A stretch of 64,000 nucleotides of DNA, taken from positions 5,024,001-5,088,000 of the forward strand of contig NC_086109.1 in the NCBI RefSeq assembly GCF_963921235.1, written 5' to 3'. Positions 48,981 to 62,570 of the stretch are shown in pieces. Source of the stretch: Mobula hypostoma (lineage: Eukaryota). The notes beneath the pieces are model-generated. The model made no database searches, was not told the origin of the DNA, and saw only the letters and a program-made list of their open reading frames with translations. Within the stretch, counting starts at the first letter, position 1, and the number at the start of each line of letters is the position of its first letter. A program made the translations under genes and the position numbers.

Positions 48981-49103
48981 AGGGGCCTTTTCAGAAGTGT
49001 ATCTGGCTAAGGAGCGGGCAACGGACAAACTGGTGGCCCTGAAGTGTCTTCAGAAGAAGAAGGATGCTGTTGTGTTGGAAAATGAAATTATGGTTTTGAG
49101 AAA
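48981..49103 (+). CDS. CAMK1G: CaMKI-gamma-like kinase, coding exon 2 (Gly loop, beta3 Lys, alphaC Glu)
   Basis: Acceptor ttcctttgcag|. Encodes (S)GAFSEVYLAKERATDKLVALKCLQKKKDAVVLENEIMVLR(K). Donor AA|gtgagt. 123 nt, phases consistent. Confidence 0.95.
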
Positions 49104-49977
49104 GTGAGTGAGGTAGAATGTGGAACTTTACAGCACAGGAGCAAGTCCTTCAGCCCACAATGTACTGCCTAACCAATTCAAATAGCTATCATATGGTCAG
49201 CTAAACTAATCCCTTCTGCCTACACAATGTCCATCCTTCCATTTTCCTCATATCCATGTGCCTTTCTAAACATCTCTTGAAAGTTCCTAATGTATCTGTC
49301 TCTGCCACCACCCCAGGCAGCGCATTCCAGGCACCTACTGCCACTGCTCTCCGTGTAAATAAAAAAACTTGCCCCTCACAACTTCTTTGAAATTACTGCT
49401 TCTCGCCTTAAATGCCTGCCGTCTATCAGCCATTTCAACCCTGCCAGAAAGAGCAGGTTTGTAAATCTGACAGGAGCAAAGGTTGCTGGGAATGGCGAGG
49501 TTGGAGGGGTGTGGGACAGGGGGCAGAGAAGGAGTGTCGGGTGCAGACACACCCACCCCTGAGACACCAGGCAAGGTCATTTGATTCCAAACAATTGGCT
49601 TATTGGTCATTACAGATTGTCTCTCTGGTGCTTCCCGCTCCCTCCCCTCTCCCTTCCCCTTTGCCCAACCATGATTCCCCTCTCCCTGTCCCCTTCCCAC
49701 TCTCAGTCCACAATAGAGACCCAGATCAGAATCAGGGTCATCATCACTCACAAACATCATGAAATGTATTTTTTTGTGACAGCAGGACAGTGTAATACAT
49801 AAAATTACTGTGCAACAGACTTGGGCACCCTACATATGTGCCCGAGCTCTTTGCACAATACTGTATATATTCTACAGTCCAGAAGAAGGGTCTCTGCCCA
49901 AAATGTCGACTGTTTATTCATTTCCATAGCTGCTGCCTGACCTGCTGAGTTTCTCCAGCATTTTGTGTGTATTGCAC

Positions 49978-50014
<37 letters not shown>

Positions 50015-50072
50015 AAATAAGTAAGTATATTTTTAAAATTAAATAGGTAGTGCAATAAGAATGGAGCTGTAA

Positions 50073-50189
<117 letters not shown>

Positions 50190-51111
50190 TGAGTGCTCCC
50201 TCTGGTCCACTAGTTTATAGAGCTCCTCACTTACGTTATGGCCGCAGCCTGGTGTGGAGATCACTGGATTGCATTTATATGCTGCCTGGCCACATCCCGA
50301 CATGTTTTACAGGAGTCATGTGAGGAGGTGTTGGGAGAAATGACCAGAAACTGGAATGTTTGAAAGTGAGTCCGTTGGTTGTGGGGACGGTTCAGTGATG
50401 AGGCGAGTGAGGTTACCCCTTTGGTTCAAGAGCCCGATCACTGGGGGGGTAATAACTGTGCCTGGACCTGGTGATGTGGGTTCTGGGGTTCCTGTACCTT
50501 CTTTCTGATGGCAGCAGCGAGGAGGGAGGACGTCCTGGGTGGTGGGGCCCCCGATGTTGAATGCTGTTCTCCTACAACAGTGTTCATGTAGATGTTGGTA
50601 TCTTTCCATTTTCCTTACAGTCATGTGCCCATCTAACTGTCTCTTAAAAATCTCCAATGTATTGGGCTCTGCCAGCACAATCCAGGCACTCACCCACTCA
50701 CTGTGTAAAAAAAAACTTGCCTCTCACATCTCCTTTGAAATTCCCCCCTCTCATATTAAATGCATGCCCTCTGGTATTAGACATTTCAACCTGGTAAAAA
50801 GATACTGTCTACTCTATCTCTGCCTCTCACAATCTTATACCTCTATCAGATCTCCCCTCAACCTCTGCCATTCCAGGGAAAACAACCCAAGTTTGTCCTT
50901 CTATGAAGAGGAATAAACAGTCAGGACTGGAAAGAAAGGGGGATGAAGCCAGAAAATGGGGAACACTTCTCCATTCTGCTGTGCCTCTAAGGTTTCTGCT
51001 GAAGTTATGTTGGAAAATTAGAAGAATCCATGCAGAAAATTACACCAGAAACTATTTTATTGACACGGTTCTCAGGCAGAAGAACTCCTGTTAATGGAGC
51101 TGTGCACTTTG

Positions 51112-51485
51112 GCGGATGGTGGGGTGGAGATATGTCTCTATCAAAGGAGATGTAAGACGTTCTTTCCTTCTGCTAGCCTGCAGGTCACCCTTGGACAAGA
51201 TGTAGCACCTGCTTAGCCCCTGATCACAGTGACATGAAGCCATGGGATCAGGTGGTGGATGTTCGTTTGAGCAGCTGGTGCAGATCACAAGTCCTGGTTA
51301 CGTGACCACTGATGCCAGGCAGACAATCTCTGAAGAGTATTGAAAATGGCTGGGGTCACCCATCTTGTAAAGACACTGCCCAGAAGAAGACAATGGCAAA
51401 CCACTTCTGTAGAAAAATTTGCCAAGAACAATGATGGTCATGAGATCATGATTGCCCATGTCATATGACATAGCTCCTAATGATA
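51112..51485 (+). mobile_element. Short retroelement with RTE-type tail, copy 4 (CAMK1G intron)
   Basis: Same family as 8552-8961. Confidence 0.8.
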
Positions 51486-51631
51486 ACATTTTGATTCATT
51501 TTGTGGGGTGGGGTGGCCCTGATACAAATGATGTGAATTCCAGGTATTTTATTCCCTACACATTGTGGTAATTGGTTTGTTAGTGTCACATGTACCATAG
51601 TACCAGTGATTTTTGCAGCAATGCTGGATAA

Positions 51632-51901
<270 letters not shown>

Positions 51902-53037
51902 TGAAATTATTTCATTGTCAAGATATTTGAACCACTAATCATAAATAAACAAGGTTAAAGTTCACAGGATGAATTTTGTACACTTATATTATCACATGGG
52001 TGATGGTCTTTACCAAAGAAAGTGTAAGGCGCTCCTTCCCTCTGCAACTTCATTTATTTAGAGATACAGCACAGTCACCAGCTCTTACGACCCAATGAGC
52101 TTGCATTGTCCAATTTCACTCATGTGACTAATTAACTTACTGACTAGGTTGTGGGAGGAAACCGGAGCACCTGGAAGAAACCCACACGGTCACGGAGAGA
52201 ACATACAAACTCCGTAGAGGCAGCGGTGGGAATTGAACCCAGGCTACCGGTGCTGTAAAGTGATGCACTAACTGCGACGCTACCGTGCCACCCAATCTGC
52301 GGAATGGATTAAAAACACCCCACTCAGTCCGTCTTGTCCATGCCTCACCAAGTTGCCTAACCTTGCAGTTCCCATTTTCCTTGATTCCTCGCTAAAAAGA
52401 GAAATGACAAGGTGAACAAATCATTAAAATATTCCAGATTATGTCTCCAATTCTGTTCTTCACAAGTCCATCCCCATGACATCTGAAGACACAGAACATC
52501 CTGGTTCCCTTGATCTCCTTCACTTTCTCTGTGATCTCTTGGAACTGCAGAGTTAGGCCGAAGCGTTATTACAGTGTTCTGGATGCAATTTTGCTGACCT
52601 TCTCTGGGTTAACGCAGGGTGGGTAGTTCCTCAGACTGGTTACTTAGAACCAGAGGTCACAGTCTTAAAAAGAAAGGGCCTGGTATTCAGGACAAAGTTG
52701 AGAGAAAGAATTTCTTCACAAATAGGAATGAATCTTTGGAATCTTCCACCCAGCAAAAAGTTCAGTCAGAGTTCAAAGTAAATTTTATTATCAAAATACA
52801 TCTATGTCACCACATAGCACCCTGGGATTCATTTTCCTGTGGGCATACTCAACAAATCTATAGAAAAGTAACTATAACAGGATCAGTGAAAGATCAACCG
52901 GAGTGCAGAAGACAACAAACTGTGCAAATGCAGATATAAACAAATAGCAATAAATAACAAGAACATGAGATGAAGAGTCCTTGAAAGTGAGTCCATTGGT
53001 TGTGGGAACATTTCAATGTCGGGGTATTTCACTGACG

Positions 53038-53750
53038 TATAACCGTATAAAAATTACAGCATGGAAACAGGCCATCTCAGCCCTTCTAGTCCGTGCTGAA
53101 CTCTTACTCTCACCTAGTCCCACCGACCTGCACTCAGCCCTTAATCCTCCATTCCTTTCCTGTCCATATACCTATCCAATTTAACTTTAAATGACAACAT
53201 CGAACCTGCCTCAACCACTTCTGCTGGAAGCTGGTTCCACACAGCTACCACTCTCTGAGTAAAGAAGTTCCCCCTCATGTTATCCCTAAACTTTTGCCCT
53301 TTAACTCTCAACTCATGTCCTCTTGTTTGAATCTCCCCCCTTCTCAATGGAAAAAGCCTATCCACGTCAACTCTATCTATTCCCCTCATAATTTTAAATA
53401 CCTCTATCAAGTCCCCCCTCAACCTTCTACGCTCCAAAGATAAAGACCCAACTTGTTCAACCTTTCTCTGTAACTTAGGAGATGAAACCCAGGTAACATT
53501 TTAGTAAACCTCCTCTGTACTCTCTCAATTTTATTGACATCTTTCCTATAATTCGGTGACCAGAACTGTACACAATACTCCAAATTTGGCCCTACCAATG
53601 CCTTATACAATTTCAACATTACCTCCCAACTCCTACACTCAATGCTCTGATTAATAAAGGCCAGCAAACCAAAAGCTTTCTTCACCACCCTATCACATGA
53701 GATTTCAGGGAACTATGCACCATTATTCCTAGATCCCTCTGTTCTACAGA
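53038..53750 (-). mobile_element. CR1-like LINE 3' end, same subfamily as 26043-26783
   Basis: ORFs 53419-53688 and 53141-53437 are nearly identical in protein to 26103-26708. Confidence 0.9.
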
Positions 53751-54304
53751 CATACAATAGTATGTAGGACAGAATATCACAGTATAGGCCCTTTGCCCAG
53801 AATGTACATAAACCTACTCCATGAGTAATCTATCCCTTCCCTGCTATGCAATCCATAATCCTTCATTTTTCTTTCATCCATGTGCCTATCTAAGAGTTTC
53901 TTAAATGTCTGTAATGTATCTGCGTCTAACACCACCCCCTGCCAGCACATTCCACACACCCAACACTTCCTGTGTATGCAAAAAAAAACCTTTCCTCTGA
54001 CATCCCCCTATACCTTCCTCCACTTAACCTCATATTGATGTCCTCTGGTATGGGCGCTGCTGTCCGCTGTAAATAGATAGGGGCTGATAGATTTGTGCTA
54101 TTAAACGCTTAGTGCAGGGAGTGATGCTGAGGTTAAAGGTCAGGTGGGCTGGGACAAGTACTGGGGCAGACCGGCCTTCTCCAGCTTTACAACTACTGAA
54201 GCAGAAGGGCTGAAGATCACAATCAGGACTTTCCAGGGGAACGTTAAATCAATATCAGTGTTGTATCATGAGAGTTTCCTCCTCTTCTGCCTCAATGGGG
54301 GCAG

Positions 54305-54672
54305 AATCATGTTGGAGGAGCAACACCTCATATTCCGTCTGGACAGCTTCCAACCTGATCACGTGATCATTAATTTCTTTAATTTCTGGTCATTTCTCTC
54401 CCTCCTCCCCGTCTCTCTTTTTCCATTCCCCATTCTGGTTCCCTTCTCACCCCTTCTCTTCTCCTCACCTGTCCATCACCTCCCTCAGGTGCCCCTCCTC
54501 CTTCCCTTTCTCCCATGGCCCACTCTCCTCTCCTGTCAGATTCCTTCTTCAGCCCTTTATCTTTTCCACCTATCACCTCCCTGCTTCTTACTTCATTCCC
54601 CCACTCCCCGACCCATCCACATCTCCCCCTCACCTGGTTCTCACCTATCACCTGCCAGCTTGTACTCCCCTA
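54305..54672 (+). mobile_element. Penelope-like 3' fragment
   Basis: LEEQHLIFRLDSFQPDHVIINFFNF plus pyrimidine-rich UTR. Confidence 0.75.
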
Positions 54673-55009
54673 TTTGAGTAATTATATATGATGCTTAAGC
54701 ATTCCTGTTTATTTAAATAATTCATTACAAGTTATATGTATAAATACGTGATTTTCATATGTCATCACGCTACCATGTGTTATGTGCGCGCTTCACTTAA
54801 AGTAAGCACAAAGTTAGACTGCATTCCCAGACTTGCGTGTCTTCTTTTGAATTAGTTTAATGTTTTGAAGTTACAAAATATAACAGTGTTAATATTACAC
54901 GCACAAAATACTGGAGGTACTCAGCAGGCCAGGCAGCATCTATGGGAAAGAGTAAACAGTCGACGTTTCGAGCCGAGACACTCCATTCGGATGCTGCCTG
55001 GCCTGCTGA

Positions 55010-55255
<246 letters not shown>

Positions 55256-55574
55256 TGAATTAATTTTCATTAACATCCACTAAGGCGCACGTGAACGGCG
55301 GTGATGCATTAGGAAGGAAGAGTACCACTGACATTTAACCTTCTGTTACTAACCTTGTCTCGAGCATTGAGTTATCTTTAGAGTGGAAGCACTACTCTTT
55401 TCTCATCGCTTCGTTGAGTGCTCTACCAAGCCGTGATGCATCCACATAGGATTCTACCTGGGATGCATCAACAAATATTGGTGATGGTCAAAGCAGCCAT
55501 GCCAACTGAGGAAGTGGAGTTTTCTTGGCTGTTGCGTCAACCTGGGTGGACCAAGGCAGGCTGTTGGAGATTGG

Positions 55575-55852
55575 TGGGAAAAACAAAAAAAAAACATCCA
55601 GTGAGTGGCAGGAGTGCCTTGTTAATGAGAGAGATCGGAGGAGAATGGTCAGACCGGTTCAAGATGACAGGAAATAAGCAGTAACTCAGATAAACACACG
55701 TTACAACAGCGGTGTGCAGAAGAGCATCTCTGAACACACAACATGTTGAATATTGAAGTGTTCAACACAGCAGCAGAAGACCACAAACATACACTCAGTG
55801 GCCACTTTATTGGGTACAGGAGGTATGTGATAGACTGGCCACTGAGTGTGTA
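55575..55852 (+). mobile_element. Tc1-like remnant, same family as 22111-23445
   Basis: gccttgttaatgagaga..ggtgtgcagaagagcatctctgaacacaca; cactcagtggccac..tggccactgagtg termini. Confidence 0.75.
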
Positions 55853-56221
55853 TGGCAAATGAAGTTGCTCCCAGATGACAATAACCAATCTGTCTCATAG
55901 AGTTATAGAGAAGTACAGCACAGAAACAGGCCCTTCGGCCCATCTAGTCCATGCCAAAAGCATTTAAATTGCCTACCCCCATGACTGGCACCAGGACCAT
56001 AGCCCTCCATATCACTACTATCCATGTACCTACCCAAACTTCACTTAAACATTGAAATCGAGCTTACTTGTGCTGGCAGTTCATTCCACACTTTCACGAC
56101 CCTCTGAGTGAAGAAGTTTCCCCTCGTGTTCCCCTTAAACTTCCCACCTTTCACCCTTAATCCTGTCTCTCTGACTTGTCTCTGTGTGAATGGCCACGAC
56201 GATTGTTTTCTAAGCAACTAA

Positions 56222-56317
<96 letters not shown>

Positions 56318-56529
56318 TGAGTACAACGCAGAGCTTGGACCATTATGTTAGAAGATATTGATGTACCACCGAACTGTGATTCACTTTACCAGCTATGTAA
56401 GCAGCCAATTAAAACACAGGAGTCACAAACAAACTATGTATAAAACGGAGTCAATAAATCACATAACTATCAACAATATGGAAACTAAGCTGCTTCTAAT
56501 AAAGATATCTTTTTTAAGCTCAATTGGAT

Positions 56530-58265
56530 AGAGATAGCAGGTTGCATTCCTGATAAATTAATTTCTAGAGTACGAGAATAAAAAAAGTAAGGATGCAATT
56601 CTGAGGCTTTATTAGGCACATTTGAAGTATTGTGATCCATTTTGGCCCTATGACCTAAGAAAGGCTATGCTGGCATTGGGGAGAGTCAAGAGGAGGTTCA
56701 TGAAAATGCTCATAGGAATGAAAGGGGTTATTGTATGGGTCTGTACGCACTGGAGTTTAGAAGAACAAGGGATGACCTAATTTGGAGTATTGGTGAGGCC
56801 CAATTTAGATTAGATTATGAGGACGCGCAGTCCTCTTTTATTGTCATTTAGTAATGCATGCATTAAGAAATGATACAATATTCCTCCGGTGTGATATCAC
56901 AGAAACACAGGACAGACCAAGACTGAAAAACTAACAAAAACCACATAATTATAACATATAGTTACAACAGTTCAACAATACCGTAATTTGATGAAGAACA
57001 GGCTATGGCAAAGTAAAAAAGTTCAAAGTCTCTCGAAAGTCCCACATCTCACGCAGATGGGAGAAGGAAGAAAACTCTCCCTGCCATGCCCGACCACAGT
57101 CCGACTCTGAGTCGTCCGAAAACTTTGAGCTCTGATCAGCCCACCGACACCAAGTACCGAGCACCATCTCTGCCAAACGTTTCAACCTCAGCCTCGGTCG
57201 CCAGCAGCAGGCAAAGCCGGGGATTTTGGGGCCTTCCCTCCAGAGATTCTCGATCGCACAGTAGCAGCAGCAAACTGGCATTTCAGAAACTTCTCCAGAT
57301 GTTCCTCTGCTTCTCAGGTCTGTCTCCATCAACTTGGAGTATTGTGTGCAGTTTTTGTCACCTAGCTACAGGAAAGATGTAAATATGGTTGAAAAAGCAC
57401 AGAGAAAATTTGCAAGGATGTTGCTGGGTCTGGAGGACGTGAATTATAAGGAAAGATTGAATAGGTTAGGACTGTATTGCTTGGAATGTAGAAGGTAGAG
57501 AGAAGATGTGATAGGGGTATACAGAACTATGAGGGGTAGAGAGAGGGTAAATGCAACTAGGTTTTTTTCACAGAAGTTGGGTGGGACTACAACCAGAGGT
57601 CATGGCTTAAGGGTGAAAGGTGAAATGTTTGAGGGGAAATTTCTTCACTCGGAGGGCAGACAGTTATGAGAGTGTGGAATGAGCTGCCAACACAAGTGGT
57701 GCATGTGAGCTCAATTTCAATGTTTAGGAGAAGTTTGGATAGGTACCTAGGTGGTAGGGGTATGGAGGGCTATGGTCTCGGTGCTGGTTGATGGGAGTAG
57801 GCTGTTTAAATGATTCAGCATGAACTAGACGGGTTGAAGGGTCTGTTTCTGTGCTGTACTTTTCTACGACTCCATGACCTCATTAATATCTATCAAATAT
57901 TGAAAGGCCTAGACAGAGTGGAGTGGAGAGGATGTTTCTAATAGTTGGGAGAGGGGAGAAGGGGGAGGTCTAGGACCAGAGGGCACAGCATCAGGATATA
58001 AGGATGTCTCTTTAGAACAGAGATGAGGAGCTTATTTAGCCAGAGGGTGGTGAATCTGTGGAATTCATAGCTACAAATGGCTGTGGAGGCCAAGTCAATG
58101 GGTATAGTTAAAGTGGAGGTTGATAGGTTCTTGATTAGTCAGGGCATCAAGGGTTATGGGGAGAAGGCAGGAGAATGGGGTTAAGAGGGATAGTAAATCA
58201 GCCATGATGGAATGGTGGAGCAGACCTGATAGGTTGAATGGCCTAATTATTCTGCTCCTATGTCT
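56530..58265 (+). mobile_element. Nested CR1-like fragments containing a - strand short element (56805-57330)
   Basis: CR1 ORF2 remnants. The inner element has a TCTAA-repeat tail and is flanked by aatttggagtattg / aacttggagtattg. Confidence 0.7.
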
Positions 58266-58287
58266 AAGTGGAGAGTTGGCAGCCTGA

Positions 58288-58500
<213 letters not shown>

Positions 58501-58570
58501 TGATCAAATCTCTGCGCTTGCAAAACTTCTGTTACACCAACGTTCAGAGTCAAGCTCACAAATTAATAAC

Positions 58571-58795
58571 AGAGCAACACACAAAATGCTGGAGGAGCTC
58601 AGCAGTTCAAACAGCATCTATGGAAAGGAATAGATAGCCGACATTTTAGGCTGAGACCCTTATTCTGATGATGGGTTTTGGCTCAAAACTTTGACCGTTT
58701 ATTCCTCTCCATAGATGCTGCCTGACCTGCTGAGTTCCTCCAGCATTTTATGTGTGTTACTTTGGATTTCCAGCATCTGCAGAATCTCTTGTGTT
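58571..58795. mobile_element. Palindromic Penelope terminus pair
   Basis: Arms 58571-58664 and 58665-58763 are inverted copies of the terminus. Similar structures at 54898-55075 and 24405-24575. Confidence 0.8.
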
Positions 58796-59003
58796 TAAAA
58801 TTGACAACAGTATGTTTTTGTTTGAACTGCCATTTCACGATTCAAATCTTTATTTAAGTAATTCCAGAACAGCTCGCTCTTTACATTCATGGGAGCTCTG
58901 AATTCCACCGCCTGCCTGCTCTCCGGAGCAGTTTACCAGGGGCTTTCAGCTGGTGAAGGATTTTCCCAAATTAGCCTCAAAGGTGAATGTGAAATCTGCG
59001 TGA

Positions 59004-59126
<123 letters not shown>

Positions 59127-59759
59127 TGAGTACATCGGTCAGACCAGGGCTCTTTCAGTGTCAGCGGTCACTAACATTCAGAAGGAAAAGTCAAAAACCA
59201 AACTGCAAGGTGAGCTCTTCAGGTGTTAGCTGGTCTCTGGTGAGATCCACATCAGTCACAGTCAGACTTTATTGATCCTGAGGGAAATTGGTTTCCGTTA
59301 CAGTTGCACCATAAATAATAAATAGTAATAAAACCATAAATAATTAAATAGTAATATGTAAATTATGCCAGGAAATAAGTCCAGGACCAGCCTATTGGCT
59401 CAGGGTGTCTGACCCTCCAAGGGAGGAGTTGTAAAGTTTGATGGCCACAGGCAGGAATGACTTCCTATGACGTTCAATGCTGCATCTCGGTGGAATGAGT
59501 CTCTGGCTGAATGTACTCCTGTGCCCACCCAGTACATTATGTAGTGGATGGGAGACAGGTTGTTCTTTCACTCCGGATTCCAGCACCTGCAGTCCCTTCG
59601 TCTCTGGAAGCAATTAGAAACTTGTTGGGGAAGACCAAATAATTGAACTCAAAATTCAAGATTCAAGTTTATTTGTTACGTGCACTTCAAAATATACAAG
59701 GTGTAGGAGCCGTGTATTCTATGTTACGTGTTTATTATGCTAACTAGTCACTGTGAAAG

Positions 59760-60465
59760 GAGGGCACTGAGGAGTGAGATGGGACAGAGGGATCAGGGAA
59801 TACAGGTCCATAATTCATTGAAATGGTGTCACAGGTAGGGAGGGCCATAAAGAAAGCTTTTGGCACATTGGCCTTCATAAGTCAAAGTATTGACTACAAG
59901 AGATGGGATGTTAGGTTGAAGTTGTGTAGGACTTTGGTGAGGCCTAATTTGAAGTGTTGTGTGCAGTTTTGGTCACCTACCTAGAGGAAAGATGTAAATA
60001 AGGTTTGAAAGAATACAGAGAAAATTTACAAGGATGTTGCTGGGTCTGCAGGATCTGAGTTATAAGGAGAGATTAAATAGGTTAGGACATTTTATTTTAG
60101 AAGATTGAGAGGACATTTGACGGAGGTATACAAAATTATGAGAGGTGTAAATAGGATAAAAGCAAGCAGGCTTTTTCCACAAAGATTGGATGGGACTACA
60201 ACTAGAGGTCACGGGTTAAGGGTGAAAGGTAAAATGTTTAAGGGGAACATGAGGGGGAAACTTCTTCACTCAGGGGGTGGAATGAGCTGCCAGCACAAGT
60301 GATTTCAACGTTTAAGCGAAGCATGATAGGTACACGGATGGGAGGGGTATGGAGGGCTTTGGTCCCAGTGCAGGTCGATGGGAGAAGGCAGTTGAACTGA
60401 TTTTGGCATGGACTAGATGGGCCAAAAGGCCTGTTCCTGTGCTGTATTTTTCGATGACTCTATGA
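59760..60465 (+). mobile_element. Degenerate CR1-like LINE 3' end
   Basis: KKAFGTLAFI..CCVQFWSP..RGHGLRVKG; 3' UTR with TGACTCTA tail. Confidence 0.82.
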
Positions 60466-61943
60466 CATGTCCCACTGCTTCCCTAAGCACCTCCGTGTAA
60501 ATGTAATCCTACTGATCTACAATTCATAAAGTGATATGGAGCTGGGGTCAGAGGGTGGTGTAAGTGTGGATGAGAGGGAGGATTGGGGCTTCTGTTTGCT
60601 TGTTGTGTTCTGTGTTGTTCTGCTGAGTATCGTTGGCGCTGGAATATGAGGCAACCCTTGCGGGCTGTCCCCAGCATGTCCTTGGGTGGGTATGTTGGTT
60701 GTTAACGCAGAAGACGCATCACAATGTGTAGCGGCAGAAACAAATCCGAAGATCAAACGAAACAACTGCTGCTGCCTGCGACCGCCGCGGGGTTGTTATA
60801 CCCGCGTGACATGCCCATAACTCCTTGCTTCCATGTTCTAGTTGTATCAAAACGAATGCTAACTTTGCATTTGCTTTTCTCGCTACCAACTCAATCTGCA
60901 AATTGACCTGTAGGGAACCCTACACAAGGCTTTCCAAGTTTCCTTGCAGCTTGGATTTTTGAATTTCCCCCCCCCCCCACCATTTAGAAAATAGTCTATG
61001 GTTTTATTTCAATACTGTTGACTTTTATTTTAAAAAACAGTCTAATCATCTCCAGTTTTCACACAGTTATCTAGAGTGGAGATGGGAGAGATTTATAATG
61101 GACATCACCCATCCATTAACAGTCACCCCCATTTTATTCTCCCACACTCCCACAGAACCTACCCCTTGCCCTACACATTAGGGGACAACTTACAACAGTC
61201 AACTAACTTACTGGCCAGCACGTCATTGGGACATAGGAGGACACGGGAGCTCTCAGAGAACACTCAGGCGGTCACAGGGAGAATGTGCAAACTCCACGTA
61301 CCCAGACAGTGCCGGAGGCTGGGATTGTACCCTGGTCTCTGGGGCTGTGAGGCAGCGTCGCTACCCACTGCTCCACAGTGCCACCTTCTCACGATGCATC
61401 TCAGATAGGGTGCTTTCTATGGTGCATCGATTAAAAATGGGCAAGGCCGACGGAGGCATGCCAAATTTCTTTAACCTCCTGAAGAAGTAGAGCTGTTGGT
61501 GGGCTTTCGTGACTGTGGTGTCTACTGCTTGGCCCGGGATGGGTAACTGGTGATGTTCACACATAGGAACTGGAAGCTCTCAACCGTCTCAAGTTCAATC
61601 CCATTGATGTAGACAGCAGCACATGCACCACTCTTCCTCCACCCCTTCCTGAAGTCAATGCCCAGCTCTTTTGTTTTATTGACAACGATTAAAGGGCCAT
61701 GACACCATATCGTTAAGTTCTCTGTCCCAATACCAGGTGCTGGACCGTGTGTCAACACTTGCGGGCTGATCCCAACACATCTTTAGATGCCATGGTTGTT
61801 AACGCAAATGAGACATTTTGCTATATATTTTAATGTATGTGTGATAAATACTTCTGAATCTGAATCCGTAGTTGCTAGCACTTCTTGGAAGCCTTTACTA
61901 ACCTGCTGCTCTGTGGGCTTCCCTTTAACCTCTGTCTGCGCAG

Positions 61944-62031
61944 GATTTCAGAGTACCGCGCCCCACTGCGCAACATCTTCCGCTCCGTCAGCTTGCAGCT
62001 CACCAAGAACTTTGCCAGGAGGACGTGGAAG
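61944..62031 (+). CDS. CAMK1G: CaMKI-gamma-like kinase, coding exon 9 (autoinhibitory segment and start of the CaM-binding segment); gene continues beyond the window
   Basis: Acceptor tctgtctgcgcag|. Encodes ISEYRAPLRNIFRSVSLQLTKNFARRTWK, like the CaMKI SVS.Q..KNFA...W motif. Donor AAG|gtgagt. 88 nt. The nine exons sum to 903 nt = 301 codons with no stop. Confidence 0.92.
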
Positions 62032-62124
62032 GTGAGTCTTTCAGAACTGGTGTTGGTCCTGCCTCTTCTGTGGGCTGGCTGACGCTGGCAGTGTCCGGGG
62101 CTTCGTGTGCCTGGTAAATGAATC

Positions 62125-62570
62125 CAGAGCAACACGCACAACATGCTGGAGAAGCTCAGCAGGCCAGGTAGCGTCTGTGGAGAGGAATTAACAGTCAGCG
62201 TTTCAGGCCAGGAACACTCCTCAGGACTGGGAAGGAAGGGGGAAGAAGCCAGAATAAGAAGGTGGAAGAAAGGAGTTCAAACTGGCAGCTGACAGGTGAG
62301 ACCAGGAGGTAGGTGGGTGAGGAAGCAGTGGGGGGGGATGAAGTGAGAAGTTGGGAGGTGATAGATGAAAAAGGCAAAGGGCTGAAGAAGAAGGAATCTG
62401 ATCGGAGAGGAGAGTAGATCATGGGAGAAAGGAAAGGAGGAGGGACACCAGAGGGAGGTGAGGGGCAGGTGAGGAGAAGGGAAGGGGGAACAGGGGAACC
62501 AGAATGGAGAATGCAGAAAGAGAAAGGGAGGATGAGGAAGAAAATGCTGTAAGTTATATTACCAGAAGAG
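62125..62570 (-). mobile_element. Penelope-like terminus and UTR
   Basis: Terminal motif, degenerate hammerhead at 62192-62229 (CTGAGGA..GAAA), purine-rich UTR. Confidence 0.75.
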
